Source of the DNA: Paraphysomonas bandaiensis
Taxonomy: Eukaryota > Protista > Chrysophyceae
DNA length: 64,000 bases
NCBI GenBank assembly: GCA_965644295.1
Contig: CBFFRP010000217.1
Coordinates: forward strand, 310,001 to 374,000
Reading direction: 5' to 3'
Part shown: positions 51,001 to 64,000 of the stretch, one piece after another
Layout of the letters: each line of letters opens with the position of its first letter
Position numbering within the stretch: position 1 is the first letter of the stretch
The notes under the pieces: model-generated
Seen by the model: only the letters and a program-made list of their open reading frames with translations
Database searches by the model: none
Told to the model about the DNA's origin: nothing
Translations under genes and position numbers: made by a program

Positions 51001-54000
51001 TCAGACTCGCTTCAGCTTTCTCACAACAACACTATCAACAGAACTGACAAAGGACAATATCTGCCCATAGAGAGCTTCTGGGTCGGATGTTTTCGGGTCC
51101 TCGCCAAGGAAAACGCATAATTCTTCATGTGCTTTAATTGCGTCTTGAATCTGCTCCTTAAGAGTAGATAGTGTTTCGCCTATATCTTTTTCATTCAGGC
51201 AAAGTCTTTCGTATATAGCATCTGTGGCGCCGATATCAGGGTTGCCGCCGTCATCTAGAACCTTTTTAATATCATCTTTGAGTCTTGTAAGCATTTTTAG
51301 GCCTGATTCCAATTTCGAGATATCTAGCTGCAGAGTTGGAAATGAGATGTATTTTGCTTCTTCTAAAGATGGCATATCCGCCTTTAGCTCCAAGACTTCG
51401 GGCATATCCCTGCCCAGACGCACAACCAGATAGTCAAGCACCGTTTCTCCGGCGTTTGACTTTGTTTGGGTGAGTTTGGGTAAAGAACTAATCTTAAATC
51501 CAGTGGCTCCGCTGTATTACAACTAGCATTTAGACAAAGATGTACAGACTAATATCAAGCGCACCTTTTTTTTGACCCTTGATTGAGGACATTACCTACT
51601 TTCAAAATGGACTGAAACATTACTTTAAGCTTCTTGCTTCCTTTAACCTGAGCACATAATAAATATTTAGGGCCTACAGATCACAGATAACATACCTCCT
51701 CCACAGCCTTGACTATGATTTCCACAGCAGCAGCAGTCTGCTTCTTAACGTCCTCCACTGATAGCAAAAGCGCCATTGTTTTTAAATAATTTTCCACCCG
51801 AGGGACCTAGGCGAAATACACAATACATAACACGCAACACATCCAATATATGCACGTTCGCACCTTAGCTATCTCATGAAGATATCGCTCCGCTTTGCCG
51901 AGTTTATCTATACCATGAGTTTCAACAGCCGTTTTGATGGCAGCCACTTCGCCAGTGTCCGCGAAAGTTGCGGGTGTAAAGTCTAACATTGTCATGACAA
52001 TGGGAAGTGTAAATGACCCGGTGTCCAAATTCACAATAGCCTGACAATTAAAGTATAGTAAAGACAAATACCCACAAAATACCCATTGCAAATACCTGAA
52101 CTATCTCGCTGACTTTTCTTCTGCTTCCGAACTTCGCGAGCATGATGTTCATGTTCTGCGACTTTTGGCCGTCCAGCACCGCGACCTGCAAGACACACCT
52201 GCGTAACATGCACATTCTGTGTTCATTCTCACACTATTACCTGCTTTGATTTAGCCCCTACTCCTGGAAGACCTTTGGCTCCAGGCATTTCTCCTGGTTT
52301 CTTTTTGCTAGGATCTTTCTTTTGGGCCGGAGCAAACACTTCCGCGAGGTCTGAAAATGCATCGTCGGACACCTACCAGTACGTCATAACCCATCAAATT
52401 GCACATTAACCATGGTACCACAGCTGCTTCTTCTTCCGTATTCTCCCACAATGTACCCTCGGTGCTAGCCAGCGTTTCCCAATGTAGCTGCTTCAGTTTA
52501 GGTCCGGAGGGTTTGAAATTACCTCCCGACTTCCGTCTCAAAAATGCAACTGGGCCTCTGCCGCCACCTCCTCTTCCGCCAAGCAATGCCCCTAATAAAG
52601 CACCTCTTCCCCCTCCACCCATCCCAGGTCCCGGTAAACCAACTCCACCACTCTCCAGATCATTACCTCCGACATTCTTTCCGTCAACTACAACAGGCGG
52701 CCAACAAGTCGGGAGGGGAGGAGGTCGTGGAATGGGTTTCTTCGACTTCTTCAATTCCTCTTGTTTCGCCTCCTCTTCTTCAGCCTTCTTTCGGGCTTCC
52801 TCCTCAGCTTTTTCTTTCTCAGCAGCTACTCGTGCTTCTTCCCGAGCCTTCTCTTCGTTCTCTGCATTTTTTCTTTCCTCAGGCACAGTAGATCCAGATG
52901 AATTAGATGTCGCTGCAATTATATTCTAGCAGGTAAACAAATAAGTTCGTAAGCAATTAAAGCATAGATACATGTCATTTTCATGTTGAGAAGTACAATT
53001 GAGTGACACACAATATGGCGCGGACAAGTAATTCGTACCTCACGGGCCTCCCTCTCCACAGCTTCGACATCTGTTAATAGCAGGTATGGAAATATACCAG
53101 CAGCAAATATTTTCACCCTCAAAGCATCCACGATATCTTCCGCACGCAAAGGACGAATCGCCACCTTCTGCCCCTCAGAATTTTTAGCAATTACCAGCTT
53201 TCGTTTTCCTAAGTGTGGTATCACGGCAGTCTGGGGATTTCTGGGATTACGGATCAGATCCAACGAGTGATCGGTGTGCTGCATGCCAGTACCCAGTGTG
53301 GGAGCACTACCACGCTTATTATCAAAGTTTGCATCTTTTGTCATGCTGAAACTGTCCACACTGTTCCTTGACGACGTTTCCACCTTCGCTACTGCAGATT
53401 CTTTGGAAACCACGTTGTCTAAAACGAATGCTTTGTTTCTGTTCACAGGCACGGGCATATCCGGTACCACCAACTTTACTTTAACCTTCGTATCGGGTTT
53501 CAATTCTGGAGTAGGCTTATTTTCTGAATTCGGTTTTCTTTCCTTCTGGGGTGTGTCGGGTTTCATCAACTCTGTTGGAGTAGGTAAAATAGGTTTATCC
53601 CCGGCTGAATATATGCTTGAGGCACGTAGCTTAGACTTCGTAGTAGTAGGTTTCACTGTCTGTCGGTTTGGACTGCTGTTCACAGCTGGCGGAGTTTTAG
53701 CTTTCGTCGGTTGAGCCTTTCTACTGGCACTACTGTCCACTAGAGGGGTAGATTTAGCACCCGTTCTTGTTTCTTTAGTAGGTGGGGTGAATGTATTGCT
53801 ATTCGGTGGAGATTTCGCGCCCGATGGGCCAGGAGGCCGAGGAATCGCGTCATCTCTAATTCCACCACTGTACGATCCGTTGCCGTTAAGAGTTGATACA
53901 GGGGGCGGAGGAGTAGAGGGTGGATCGAATGATACGAACTTGGGTGGCAGCGTTGGGGGAGGTGCGGTCGGAGGAGTAAACCCATTTTTGATACTCTCCT

Positions 54001-55485
54001 TTACCTCAACGTTCACTGGGGATATCACCGGCTCCTCTTTTCTATTTCGCGCACGCGTCTCCATTCGCCGCTGGTAAAAGTCAATTTGACTAGATGATAA
54101 TAATGGTATATCTTGAGCAGATACTTTTTGTTTAGTTCCCGAAATCTTAACTGTAGGTTTCTCGGCATCTGGGAAAAGTGTGCGGACAATTTCTGCTGTG
54201 AGTGTCGGAATGTGATCGCGTGAGTTAAATGAGCGAGAAAGCCGTCCTCTGTTCCTGTTACCCTTTCGCTGCCGCAATTCACCATTATTTATAGCGCCCT
54301 CAGTTGCGTACACAGCTGCCTGGGACCCGAGCACACTTTCAACGCGCACTCTAACAGCCTCTTGCACCATGCCCTGCAGCTGCGACAGCCTCATCACCAA
54401 GCAGTCGCCCACCAGCGAACCTACAGAACCCCCACCGCTATCTAAACCCGCTTTGTAATTTATGGTACTATTACTTTTCGTGGTGGTAGGGGCCGCACTT
54501 TTGGCAGCATATACTTGTGTTAGCAGTCCAGATACCACTGCAAATAAGTCCCCATCCTCCCCTTCACCTTCCTCGAGTTGGAACCACCCGAGCTCGTCCA
54601 CCCTGTCGATGAGCTCCAAGGAGGTCAACAAACGGTCAGCGTAAGCATGCCGAATAGAGCATAATAGCTGGTATGCCCTTTGCGTATGTTGATGACATGG
54701 ACCGGATAATGTGGCGCGACTGTGAAAACAAAGATAGAAATGCAAGTACGCACGGTCGTAAGCAATCAGCAACCGCTCAGTTTGTCCCAGGCTAAGATCC
54801 ACTTTAGCAACAGCTAGAGATTCTTCACCAAACAAAGTACTTAAAATACCGCGACCTGCACATACGAATAACCGTCAAGGCCACACCAATACAGCAACAC
54901 CAATAGGGAACTTCTCACTCACATATGCGGAGCTCCTTCTTGGACTTCACAAGTTGTCCATTCATTCGGTAGAGCAGACCCAGGTTGTAGTGACTGTCGG
55001 CAGTAGCTCGATGCATTAGCCCAACACTACCGATACGGTTCAATAGAGCCTTTCCACCATACTGTGATAATAGACGAAGTAAATATACTCGTTCCAATAT
55101 TACACATAACTTCAAGTACCTCAATAGCTTCTGGAATACGTGCAGCATTAGCAAAGAATGCAGATAACATTGTATAACAGTCGCTCAATACGACATGCTC
55201 GCGCCCATATATAAACTCCATCGATCGAATAAAGTTATCGAAGAGTACATCCGAATCAGTAGTGAGCGGATCGATTATATGATGAAACTCAGCAAACACA
55301 CTCGTCATTATCGCCTTCGCATGCGGCTCAAGAAAATCTGATACATTGACAAGCCCTTTAGCAAATCGAAGAGAGGCAGATGCTGCCTCATTGTCTCCTT
55401 CTTTCATTCTATTCATAGCCAAACGTATAGATTTTATGATCTCATTCAGATCTCGTATATCGGACGATAATCCAGATGGAAGCAT
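51001..55485 (-). CDS. Formin (FH2) with N-terminal TPR-like region and Pro-rich linker, multi-exon
   Basis: FH2 motifs LKQLHWETL..TLWE, SQNMNIMLAKF, LGKAERYL, ILKVGNVLNQG, GFKISSLPKLTQTK, TVLDYLV and FLGEDP. TPR-like motifs ADSHYNLGLLYR and FGEESLAVA. Several short polyproline tracts. Confidence 0.88.
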
Positions 55486-56415
55486 GATTGGATGGGTTCT
55501 ATGGATGACTATTGCACTATGAGTTGAGTGACATGAGTGACTAATTGTGATTTAGTGTGTGTGGCATGCTACTGCTGTGTATCAGAGATATGATGAGAGA
55601 GCTTGACATGACAGTGAATCATATACATGTACGTGACATGCATGTATGTATATATAGGCACCTGTACCTACAGACTGTATATGGAGATCTAGTAGATAGA
55701 AGTATATGCTCTATACAGCAGCAGAGTACATACTGCTGTACGCTGTACTCGTACATGCACAGGAGTACATACGGCATTTTATTGTATCTAGAAATCTATA
55801 ATACATAACAATAAAACAGGGGTTTTGTACTCTAGTAAACCGGATTATTAGGATGGATGAGGTAAAAAAAACAGGCACTGGCATTATTATGCTGCTGCTG
55901 GTGATACGTATACACCTCCCTTTACGTTACAAGTCAAGTAGTTGAAATGTCCAAATATCGGTCACAGCATTCTACTTCTATCCTCAATCTTAATTACCCT
56001 TACCCAACTTTGCCATGCCAAGTGACTTTACTCATTCTTTGGAACCATCTTTCTGACTGCACGCAATATAATAAGAAACGAGAGTTAGCTGAGAAAGATT
56101 TAGAGATGTTTTGGATGACAGTGCAGCAATAACAAGAAACTGGTTGCATTGGACTTTCTGAAGCTATTGATACATTGCCCTGGTTATTATAGGCTCTATT
56201 GGAAACGCTCAGCAGGATTATTCATGTGATGATCAGAGTCATTCGAGGGTGTGTGAGTCGACAAGTTTGATACATTTCAAGAAAAATTTAGCACAGCTGA
56301 ATGTAACTGATGTTAAGCCACTTGTGATCATGCTATCTTTAACAAATTAGATTCAGCGGGTACGTCGTTTTAACGTACTATACGTTTTTATTTAAATGGT
56401 CAAGCTACTTCAGGT

Positions 56416-57092
56416 CAGGGATAGGGAACAATATATTGCAATACTATTGTTAGGTAGCGTTCCATCAATAGTATTGATGAATTTTTTAAACCGGTCCTGC
56501 AATACAATTACAATATATTGCAATACATTGACAATGTATTGCAATATATTAGTATGACTAATCAGTAGGTAAACACATCCGTAGATTTCATTTTTAGTAT
56601 TAGTCATTAAGATCACATGACAACCAAACCAACTGCTGCTTATAGCTACTAAAAATCCACCTCATCCTCATCCTCTGAGCCATCATCGGTGACGTCAACA
56701 TCACCATATTCATCCACAGAATTAATTGAAATATGCTAGTATCCGGCCATAACTGTCGAATAGCTTTCAGAAACAACAGCATATTAAGTAGGATGGATAC
56801 TTTTGCGCAACACTGATATAATATGTTCAGCTGTGCTGAACAGACGTTCCCATGTATTGAAAATACATACCAGGGCCAGGCAACCGTTAATGACTCGTGA
56901 ATCTGTACGTTTCTTAATTTTTTGAGCTGACTGAAGGATTTTAGTCGCATAGTCATCTTATATGACTATCATAATACTAATTGCGATATATTGCAATAGT
57001 ATTGTGAGCTCTTTTAACAGAAACACTATTGATGGAATATTTGACCAGTCCACCAATCAATATATTTTACAATATATTGTTCCCTATCCCTG
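56416..57092. mobile_element. Non-autonomous hAT-type DNA transposon / MITE (677 bp)
   Basis: Perfect 23-bp TIR CAGGGATAGGGAACAATATATTG (56416-56438 / 57070-57092) and perfect 8-bp TSD CTTCAGGT (56408-56415 / 57093-57100). Subterminal TATTGCAATA palindromes. Confidence 0.95.
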
Positions 57093-57755
57093 CTTCAGGT
57101 CATACTGCCAATAACTGATACAAGGCTGATTTCACTGTGGTATGTGCATGTTATACAGAACTGACTATGGGCCTAACAGAGTTTAAAAACATTTTGTTTT
57201 AAGTCAAGGTCCAATTAACAGCTATTAACACTTACACAGCAGTATTAGGTATTAGAAAACAATAAAGAACTAACTCTGAATTAGAACTCAATAAGTTTAC
57301 TAAACGGTTGAGCATTTAATTAAATGTCCATGCATATGTCACCCATATATAATCAAGCGCTACGAGCTAATTTGATATGTGAAACACTTGGTATATATAT
57401 AGTTGCACAAAACTAGGTGAAACACTTTTGCTTTATGTCATGTATGTGAATTTCCAATTCTCAACTCAGCATGTATACAGCTAACAGAAACAAGGTAGAA
57501 TAAGTGAGTTAACATCTGATACAAAATATTCTTCATACTTTTCATACAGAATCTTATTACATAATATAAATCAAAACCACAGAAGAGTATAGTACACTGC
57601 ACTCCCAAAGGAAAGGAAAGCCCATGAAGTAAGACAATTTGAAACGAGTGCTATCGTAACGTACATATTACCACACAAACATATATGGACAGTATATGCC
57701 TTACTGTCAGGCATACTACGAGCCATTCTAGTAACATATATCGAGCAGGCTCTGG

Positions 57756-58469
57756 CTAAATCCCGTCAGGAGGAATCCATGTGGCCTCACCTGTGATTTT
57801 GTTATAGTAATATACTGCTCCTGCTTCGTCGTCCCAGTACGCACTCCAAGTTTCATTTATCTCTTTTGCGGGATTATTGGGACCAAGAGGAGCGTCGGCC
57901 ACAGTAACAGCTAAATGTTGGGAACTCTGCGTATTTACCACTGGAAGATAGGGCACGTGATGAGAAGCAACGAATCGTTTCGTGCCGGTACCAAGGATTT
58001 TACCGGCGGCAGTACGTGTGTGAAGCATCGGCCCGTCACTGAATAATTGAGATGAGGGAGGTACATACGGGCGAGGGATAGTTGGAAGTTTCGGTAGGGC
58101 AGGGGCCGACGTTGTAGACGCTTCTTGCTTGGCTTTGAAAGAAGGTTTGACGTCACGACGGCTATCTTTTCGAGTAGAAACCTTTTTACAGTCAGGAGGG
58201 ACATATTCTTCTCTTGGGGGATAATTGTGTGGAGGTGAAGTGTAGTCGCGTTGGGGAATAACAGTGGAGTATTTGGCTGTGACAGGAAGATTAGGGTCTG
58301 TCACTCCTTGAGGACGAATCTCCGGGGCAGTGCCCTTCACTTGAACTAGTTGCAACGGGCCTTCGCCATCAGCATTTGCCTGTAATAAGTATTTTGGCGG
58401 TGCAGGTGGTTTTCTTGGTAAAGGTCCAGGATAATCAGGAATATCTTTAATTTTTCTTCTTCGTGCCAT
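57756..58469 (-). CDS. Proline-rich protein with C-terminal WW domain
   Basis: Intronless 237-aa ORF ending WSAYWDDEAGAVYYYNKITGEATWIPP. Confidence 0.82.
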   Translation of the reverse strand: MARRRKIKDIPDYPGPLPRKPPAPPKYLLQANADGEGPLQLVQVKGTAPEIRPQGVTDPNLPVTAKYSTVIPQRDYTSPPHNYPPREEYVPPDCKKVSTRKDSRRDVKPSFKAKQEASTTSAPALPKLPTIPRPYVPPSSQLFSDGPMLHTRTAAGKILGTGTKRFVASHHVPYLPVVNTQSSQHLAVTVADAPLGPNNPAKEINETWSAYWDDEAGAVYYYNKITGEATWIPPDGI

Positions 58470-59200
58470 ACTACACTAATAGGCTTACAGAGATAACACA
58501 CCCATACAATCAACACATGAGAGAATGAGCTTCATAATCAGCATATAGAAGCCTTAGAAATAAACATGATAGTGTTTGGAAATCAAATACATACAAGGCG
58601 ATAGAGTGAGCGATAGATGAGGCAGTCACAGCATACATCTATCACACCGCTCCTCTTATCAGTTTCCTTATGCTGCTATTAAATATCATCAATATTTTTT
58701 TATGGAGTCTAGAAACCCATTAATTTTGAGGCAAAAAAGTGTATAAATCACTGATTTTAGACTGTTTCATGATATTCTTAGTTTCATGGGATTAAAAATA
58801 TGAAAATATAACCTTTCCAACAAAACCTACGAGATTACCTTCAAAAAGATGGATTTTCTCATATATTTTCTAGAGTTTTTCTGCTCACAACGGAACCCCG
58901 TGAGGAAAAACGATCGAGTGTCTATAGCACTGTGCCGTATGTGTCTATGTACAGCAGTTCGTATATATCTATGCATGTCCCGTATAGAGTGTATGGTATG
59001 GTATCGTATGGTATGGTATAGTAGTATAGTAGTATCGTATAGAGATGTGGGCATGTATGACTAGATCAACCGCTTCCTCCAATGCGACGCATGACTAGCA
59101 ATAGAGATACAACAAAGAGAACATTAAAACATCATTATATTTCAATTGCTGATTCGCTGATATTCAGCTTCACCTCTAGAGGGCTTAGAGGGTCGCTGTG

Positions 59201-62200
59201 ATGATCTGTGCGGTGTATGTGTGTTTGTTATGGAGCCTATGCGCTGATCATGTACATGCATGGAGAGAATGGAATTATTCTGTGAACTATAGAGGCTCAT
59301 ATGAACTATGGAATGAACAATGGTCAAGAGCTAGATCTGATGATATTGGGAGAGCTCCACGGCCTAGAAGGGGTCATTCACTTGTACTGGCAGGGGACTA
59401 TTTGCTTATGTTTGGGGGGCGTGGAAACGAGGCGCAGCTGGAACATGTGCCCCGTACATACAACGTCGAGAGGGTAGGGTTGTGTCTATTATAGATAGTT
59501 ACGTTTACATGCTTTGGTTGCAGTTAAACGGTACGATTCAATTCACGACATACGAGGACAAGCCCGTGATTGCCTGTCACGATCTGGCTAACGAATACTT
59601 CACCAAGGAGGAACAAGAAGCTATAGGTTGTACCAGTAATAGTACCACAGTCACAGTGGGTCTTTTCTATAATGACGTGTGGGCGTATAACCTTAAATGT
59701 ACACGTTACTTTGACGGTCCGTGCGAAGGATCTGGGTGGACTATATGGCACCCAGGTGCGTTAGAGGGTGGATGTAACATACAGCTGGGTATAGAGGTGT
59801 GTAACGTACCCTCTGAACGGTGGAATCACGGTGCAGTCTACTTTTCCGATGAAACTATGTATATATACGGAGGCTTTAGTCAACGGTGTGCTGACTTCTG
59901 CGATGACATGTGGATGTTCGACCTCGGTACGAATGCTTGACTGAAGTGGTGCATGACTGTTCATAACACATTTTTCTCAGGCATGCGGACCTGGAGAGAG
60001 GTATACCCCGCAGGTCAACTAAGTGCCCTTGATGGGTTTCTGGACGAGTATGGCAATGGTGGACCTGGGAAGCGCTGGAAGTTCAGCATGGTGAACGATG
60101 ATGAGATCGTGGCTATATTCGGAGGGTTCCGGCTGTGGCATGGATTTGCAGCAGAGAACAGTGAGAAAAACGATTGGTCGGACTATTCTAGCTTACCCCC
60201 AGGGGGATATCTTGATGATTTTTGGTTTTATGAAAAGATATTAGACACTACCACAGTGACTGGGGCAGATTTCAAGACCAGCGAAGGTGAGTTACAACTG
60301 GGTATGCGTTCATAGCACTACCGTTAATTAGTAGCATGGTGATATGACTTATGATGCCGTATAGGCTCTTGGACTAAGATATTACCCAAGGAAGAGTGCT
60401 ATGAAGACCCTGGTATATCTTGGGAGTCCAGGTAGACTTTCTGGATCTTTTTATTGCAGCCGCTAATATTTGTGTATGCTTTCCGTGTAATTTGTGCTCA
60501 GGGATGATGTCACGTGTACCGTCACATGGCCCCCGAATCGTGCGGGACATGGATCTGTGCTTGACCTTCAACGAGGTCTCTTCTGGATTTTTGGAGGTTA
60601 CAGGACTTACTACCCCTATCTTAGTACGGATCAGTTCGGAGCTAGCACGTGAGTCAGCACAGCTATATATAGTACGGAGTGTATTTATACGTGCATACTA
60701 AGTGCTATATTGTTAGTGCATGTTGTTAATGGTTTGTCGCAGGGGAAGCAATATCGGAAGTGGGGGTTTTGTGCCATATCCCCAGTATCTTTACTTCCTC
60801 AACGATATGTGGTACTACAACATGTCTGATGGCCTTTGGACAGAGATAGAAGTCCCTGAGGGTGACCCTAAACCAGAGGCTCGTATGGACATGGTTATGC
60901 TGCTGACCGAGCAAGTAATATTTATGCACGGCGGTTACGCTGACAACTACCTTTACGATGACGTCTGGTACTTTGACCTTGAGACTCACAAGTGGTTAGA
61001 AAAGGAACGATTTGTGTATCCTAAGTATCCAGACACTTGTACTGATGACTTCGAGTACATTGTCGAAAATAACTGCACCGCGTTGGAGTGGCCTAAGCAC
61101 CTTGAGCGCGACCATCAATACCCCTACGATATCCTTCCTTTTCCTGAGCAACCCTTCTACTATCCAGATTCGGATGTAGGACCTTATTGGGCTGTGTTTG
61201 ACAAAGGTGAGAATACGGCTATCACCGCATGGATGTGCTATATATATGTTTGGATATATTGTGTGTTCAGTATATGCGACTAAGCTGCATTATTTAGGCG
61301 AGGCTCCTCTACCTGGGGAGATAGACTGGGAAGATATGCCCCCTCATGGCACCCCAATGGCACCGTACTCTGCATCCGGTCCCCTCCAGTTCGTGCGATC
61401 TTTTTCGTACTCATTTAATTACACCCACAACGCCACCTTGTTAGAGAGTTGTACGAGTGTATGGTCGGAACCGAATAGAGACAAGGTGAGTAGCTAATCA
61501 ATGTCTTTTTTAGTATAAGTCGTGTGTGCAGACTACTGATGGCCTGTATGGTCGAGCCAACCATAGTGTGTTTATTGCCCAGCCTAGGCGTCAGCGGCCA
61601 GGTAAGCTATTTGCGTGTATATTTCACGATTTGATTACTATTATTCTAGGTTGGGATGGGTGTAGAGACAGGGCGGATGGCGATCTTGTGCTTCCGCAGG
61701 AATTGCAATATGTGAAGCCGTTTGCTAGATCAGGTCATAAGGGAGTGTATGTTAATGGATCGAATGAGATTATCATATATGGTGGGCGAGCATATTTGGA
61801 GGAGCAACCTAAGACCCACAGGGATACATGGGAGTATAAAGTTGCGGACGACATGTGGTATTTCAACTTTGATGTTTGTATCAATAACTGTTCCTTCCAA
61901 GGAGACTGTTACCTGGGCTTTTGCTTTGTAAGTTACTTCTATTATACTCATAATATTAACTGTTAACGGCAGTGTTATGTTGGCTACTATGGTATTGATT
62001 GCTCAAACATATCGTGTCCTGGCACATTCTGCTACTACGATGAAGATTCGCATGAGCAGGTGACATCACAGACTAAATTATACCCTTGCAGTGATGTATT
62101 CGCAATTACAGGTGTGCCAGCATGCATGCCAAGCTGGATATAACCATACTGATGACGACGTCTATCTGCCGGATATGAGGAAGGCAAGTCGCTTAAGTCT

Positions 62201-62959
62201 GAGATAATTATATTGCATATACATTGTTAATGTATTCTCCTTATATTTTGTCGAATACTGCCACGTTTGTCAAACGATGTGTGATAACTGTTTTATCACA
62301 GACACCATGCACCCGCGAAAACCCAGGAGAGAGTAACGGTATATGTGACGGCTTTGGTAATGCATATTGCGCTCCCCCCTTTATCACAGAGGACTGTAGT
62401 ATAAAGGACTGTAAAAACAATTGCTCATTCAATGGCTACTGTTCAGTTGAATACCCTGTCAGTCGCTGTAATTGCAACCCGGTAAGGGAATAGCATGAAG
62501 TTCTTATGCGAATAACACTTCGAACAGGGCTATATTGGAGAGTACTGTCAGGAGAAGATTTGTCTAAACAATTGTTCATATCCGAATGGATTATGTAACC
62601 ACACAAGTGGTGAGTGTAATTGTCGAATGATGTATGACCCATACAACAACTCCAGGTATAATATTCGTTGCGATTTTGTGTCGTGCTCTTATATCGCTTA
62701 CAGAGAGTATAAACCGTGGGGTGGGGAAGACTGTTCCTATTTATTTGCCTATGCGGCTGGTCCTAAGTCTCATTCCGTCAATGTATATCTGCTTGTGTTT
62801 GTTGTTGCGTTCTCCGTCGTCGCTCAGTATTATGTGACGGAAGAGAGTGAAGGCAATATTCGGACTTGTTGTGATTATAACGACACAGCATATGTCCAGG
62901 AAAGAAGTAGTAGCGCTATTCATATGAGAAGAAGAATACACTTGAGTTCTGATGATTAA
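59201..62959 (+). CDS. Secreted/type I membrane Kelch-repeat + EGF-repeat protein (attractin/MEGF8/tenascin-like), many exons
   Basis: Signal peptide MICAVYVCLLWSLC; Kelch blades (PRPRRGHS..LLMFGG, PSERWNHG..MYIYGG, ARSGH..IIIYGG, DDMW); EGF repeats (CINNCSFQGDC, CKNNCSFNGYC, CLNNCSYPNGLC); C-terminal TM YLLVFVVAFSVVA. Confidence 0.85.
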
Positions 62960-63429
62960 AGTTTAGGTTGTGATATAGGAGTTGATGAATGGTGCAAATT
63001 ATTTTCTGAGATAGTTCACATGTTGTGTTTGCTTCAACATTAATTCGTATAACTTTAGGACTATGTAAAGACCCATTATGACAGTATTGATGCATCTGTA
63101 TTTATATATGTTGCTGTCTGCACGTTCCGTTATCGCTTGGACGAATCCCAGTTACGTCGTTTAATTAACTGCCCTCATCATAACGTGAAGATTATCCTGC
63201 AAAAAATCCCTCTTAACCGAGACATACTTAGATTGCTCAAAACTATATTGTCTAGCAACACTGTTAGAATTGGACATTTCACTGAAGTTAACTTTGCTCT
63301 ACACGTAAACCTTAGCCTTGCTATGTTGAACACAGTGCACTTTCAAATAAGAAATTATAATTATTATTCTGAACACTTCACTACATATTCGTGTAACATC
63401 TGTTAAAACATCCGTCCTCAGCAACATCT

Positions 63430-63930
63430 GTTTATCGTATGTTCGTCAGTCAGTTCTATATCTTGTATAGGCACACACCAGTCACTGAATTTAATTCCTT
63501 TGTAACTATAATCACCCGTTACACCTATGAGTTGACTTCGCCTATTGCACACTATTAACTCACTTCAATTGCACAATATATATCACATCATATTGCAGAA
63601 CTCAACAAACACACAATTAATAATTTAAGCACCTATCTCATTATAATATTACATTTCCCAGCAAAATCTAGATTCTAATATTGATTGGGATGCTGCGATA
63701 GCATAATCTACAATAGCAGAGACATATTCTGCAATGATGAGACCACAAAGGTTTGTTACGCTGTGTATGAAAATAAACCATACCTTTAACAAAAACTTGG
63801 ACTCGCATCTTTTTGTGGTGTTCTGGTGAATAAGTACGGAGATACTTCTCCGGGAAACTAACGTGAGCACAATCATGGACAGCAGATACCAGATACCATA
63901 GTATGTATCAATACTTGTACACAAGATCTT
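63430..63930 (-). CDS. Possible 3' exons of a gene entering from beyond the window
   Basis: Hydrophobic protein-like segments (YYGIWYLLSMIVLTLVS; AEYVSAIVDYAIAASQSILE) with candidate splice sites; no recognisable domain. Confidence 0.2.
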
Positions 63931-64000
63931 ATTTATTTCAATATCCTGGTCTATATTTTACTTTTAATCATCACCTTCTCTTTTATCTGGAATTTATGCC

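Noticed and set aside
59082-59150. Upstream ATGs (59082, 59091) as start of the Kelch-EGF gene
   Set aside because: Out of frame and terminated early; ATG 59201 gives a proper signal peptide.

Overview
Gene-dense eukaryotic nuclear DNA with short (mostly 45-120 nt) spliceosomal introns. It most likely comes from a stramenopile protist such as a chrysophyte-like ochrophyte; this is an inference from gene content and TE style. About 16 protein-coding genes are supported, many in head-to-head pairs: a Bacteroidetes-like AldB aldehyde dehydrogenase, an SR splicing factor, a Methyltransf_24-type methyltransferase, SAM50, a small membrane protein, an N-acylated single-domain globin, an intron-containing HpsN-like (DHPS) dehydrogenase, a MATH-BTB protein, two giant paralogous ARM-repeat proteins sharing an N-terminal SAM-like module, acyloxyacyl hydrolase, a KA1-like protein, a coiled-coil PD-(D/E)XK nuclease-like protein, an RCC1-like repeat receptor, a TPR-formin, a WW protein and a Kelch/EGF membrane protein. 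Mobile DNA comprises a decayed Copia LTR element (5-bp TSD, CG...CG termini, internal fold-back), a hAT-type MITE with perfect TIRs and an 8-bp TSD, a diverged relative of that MITE, and a structured ~140-bp dispersed repeat. The most notable signals are the eukaryotic hpsN, three long (TATG)n arrays that all lie on the sense strand 50-140 bp upstream of a start codon together with a recurrent TACAGCAG promoter motif, and the SAM-like/ARM paralog pair bracketing AOAH and a nuclease-like gene.
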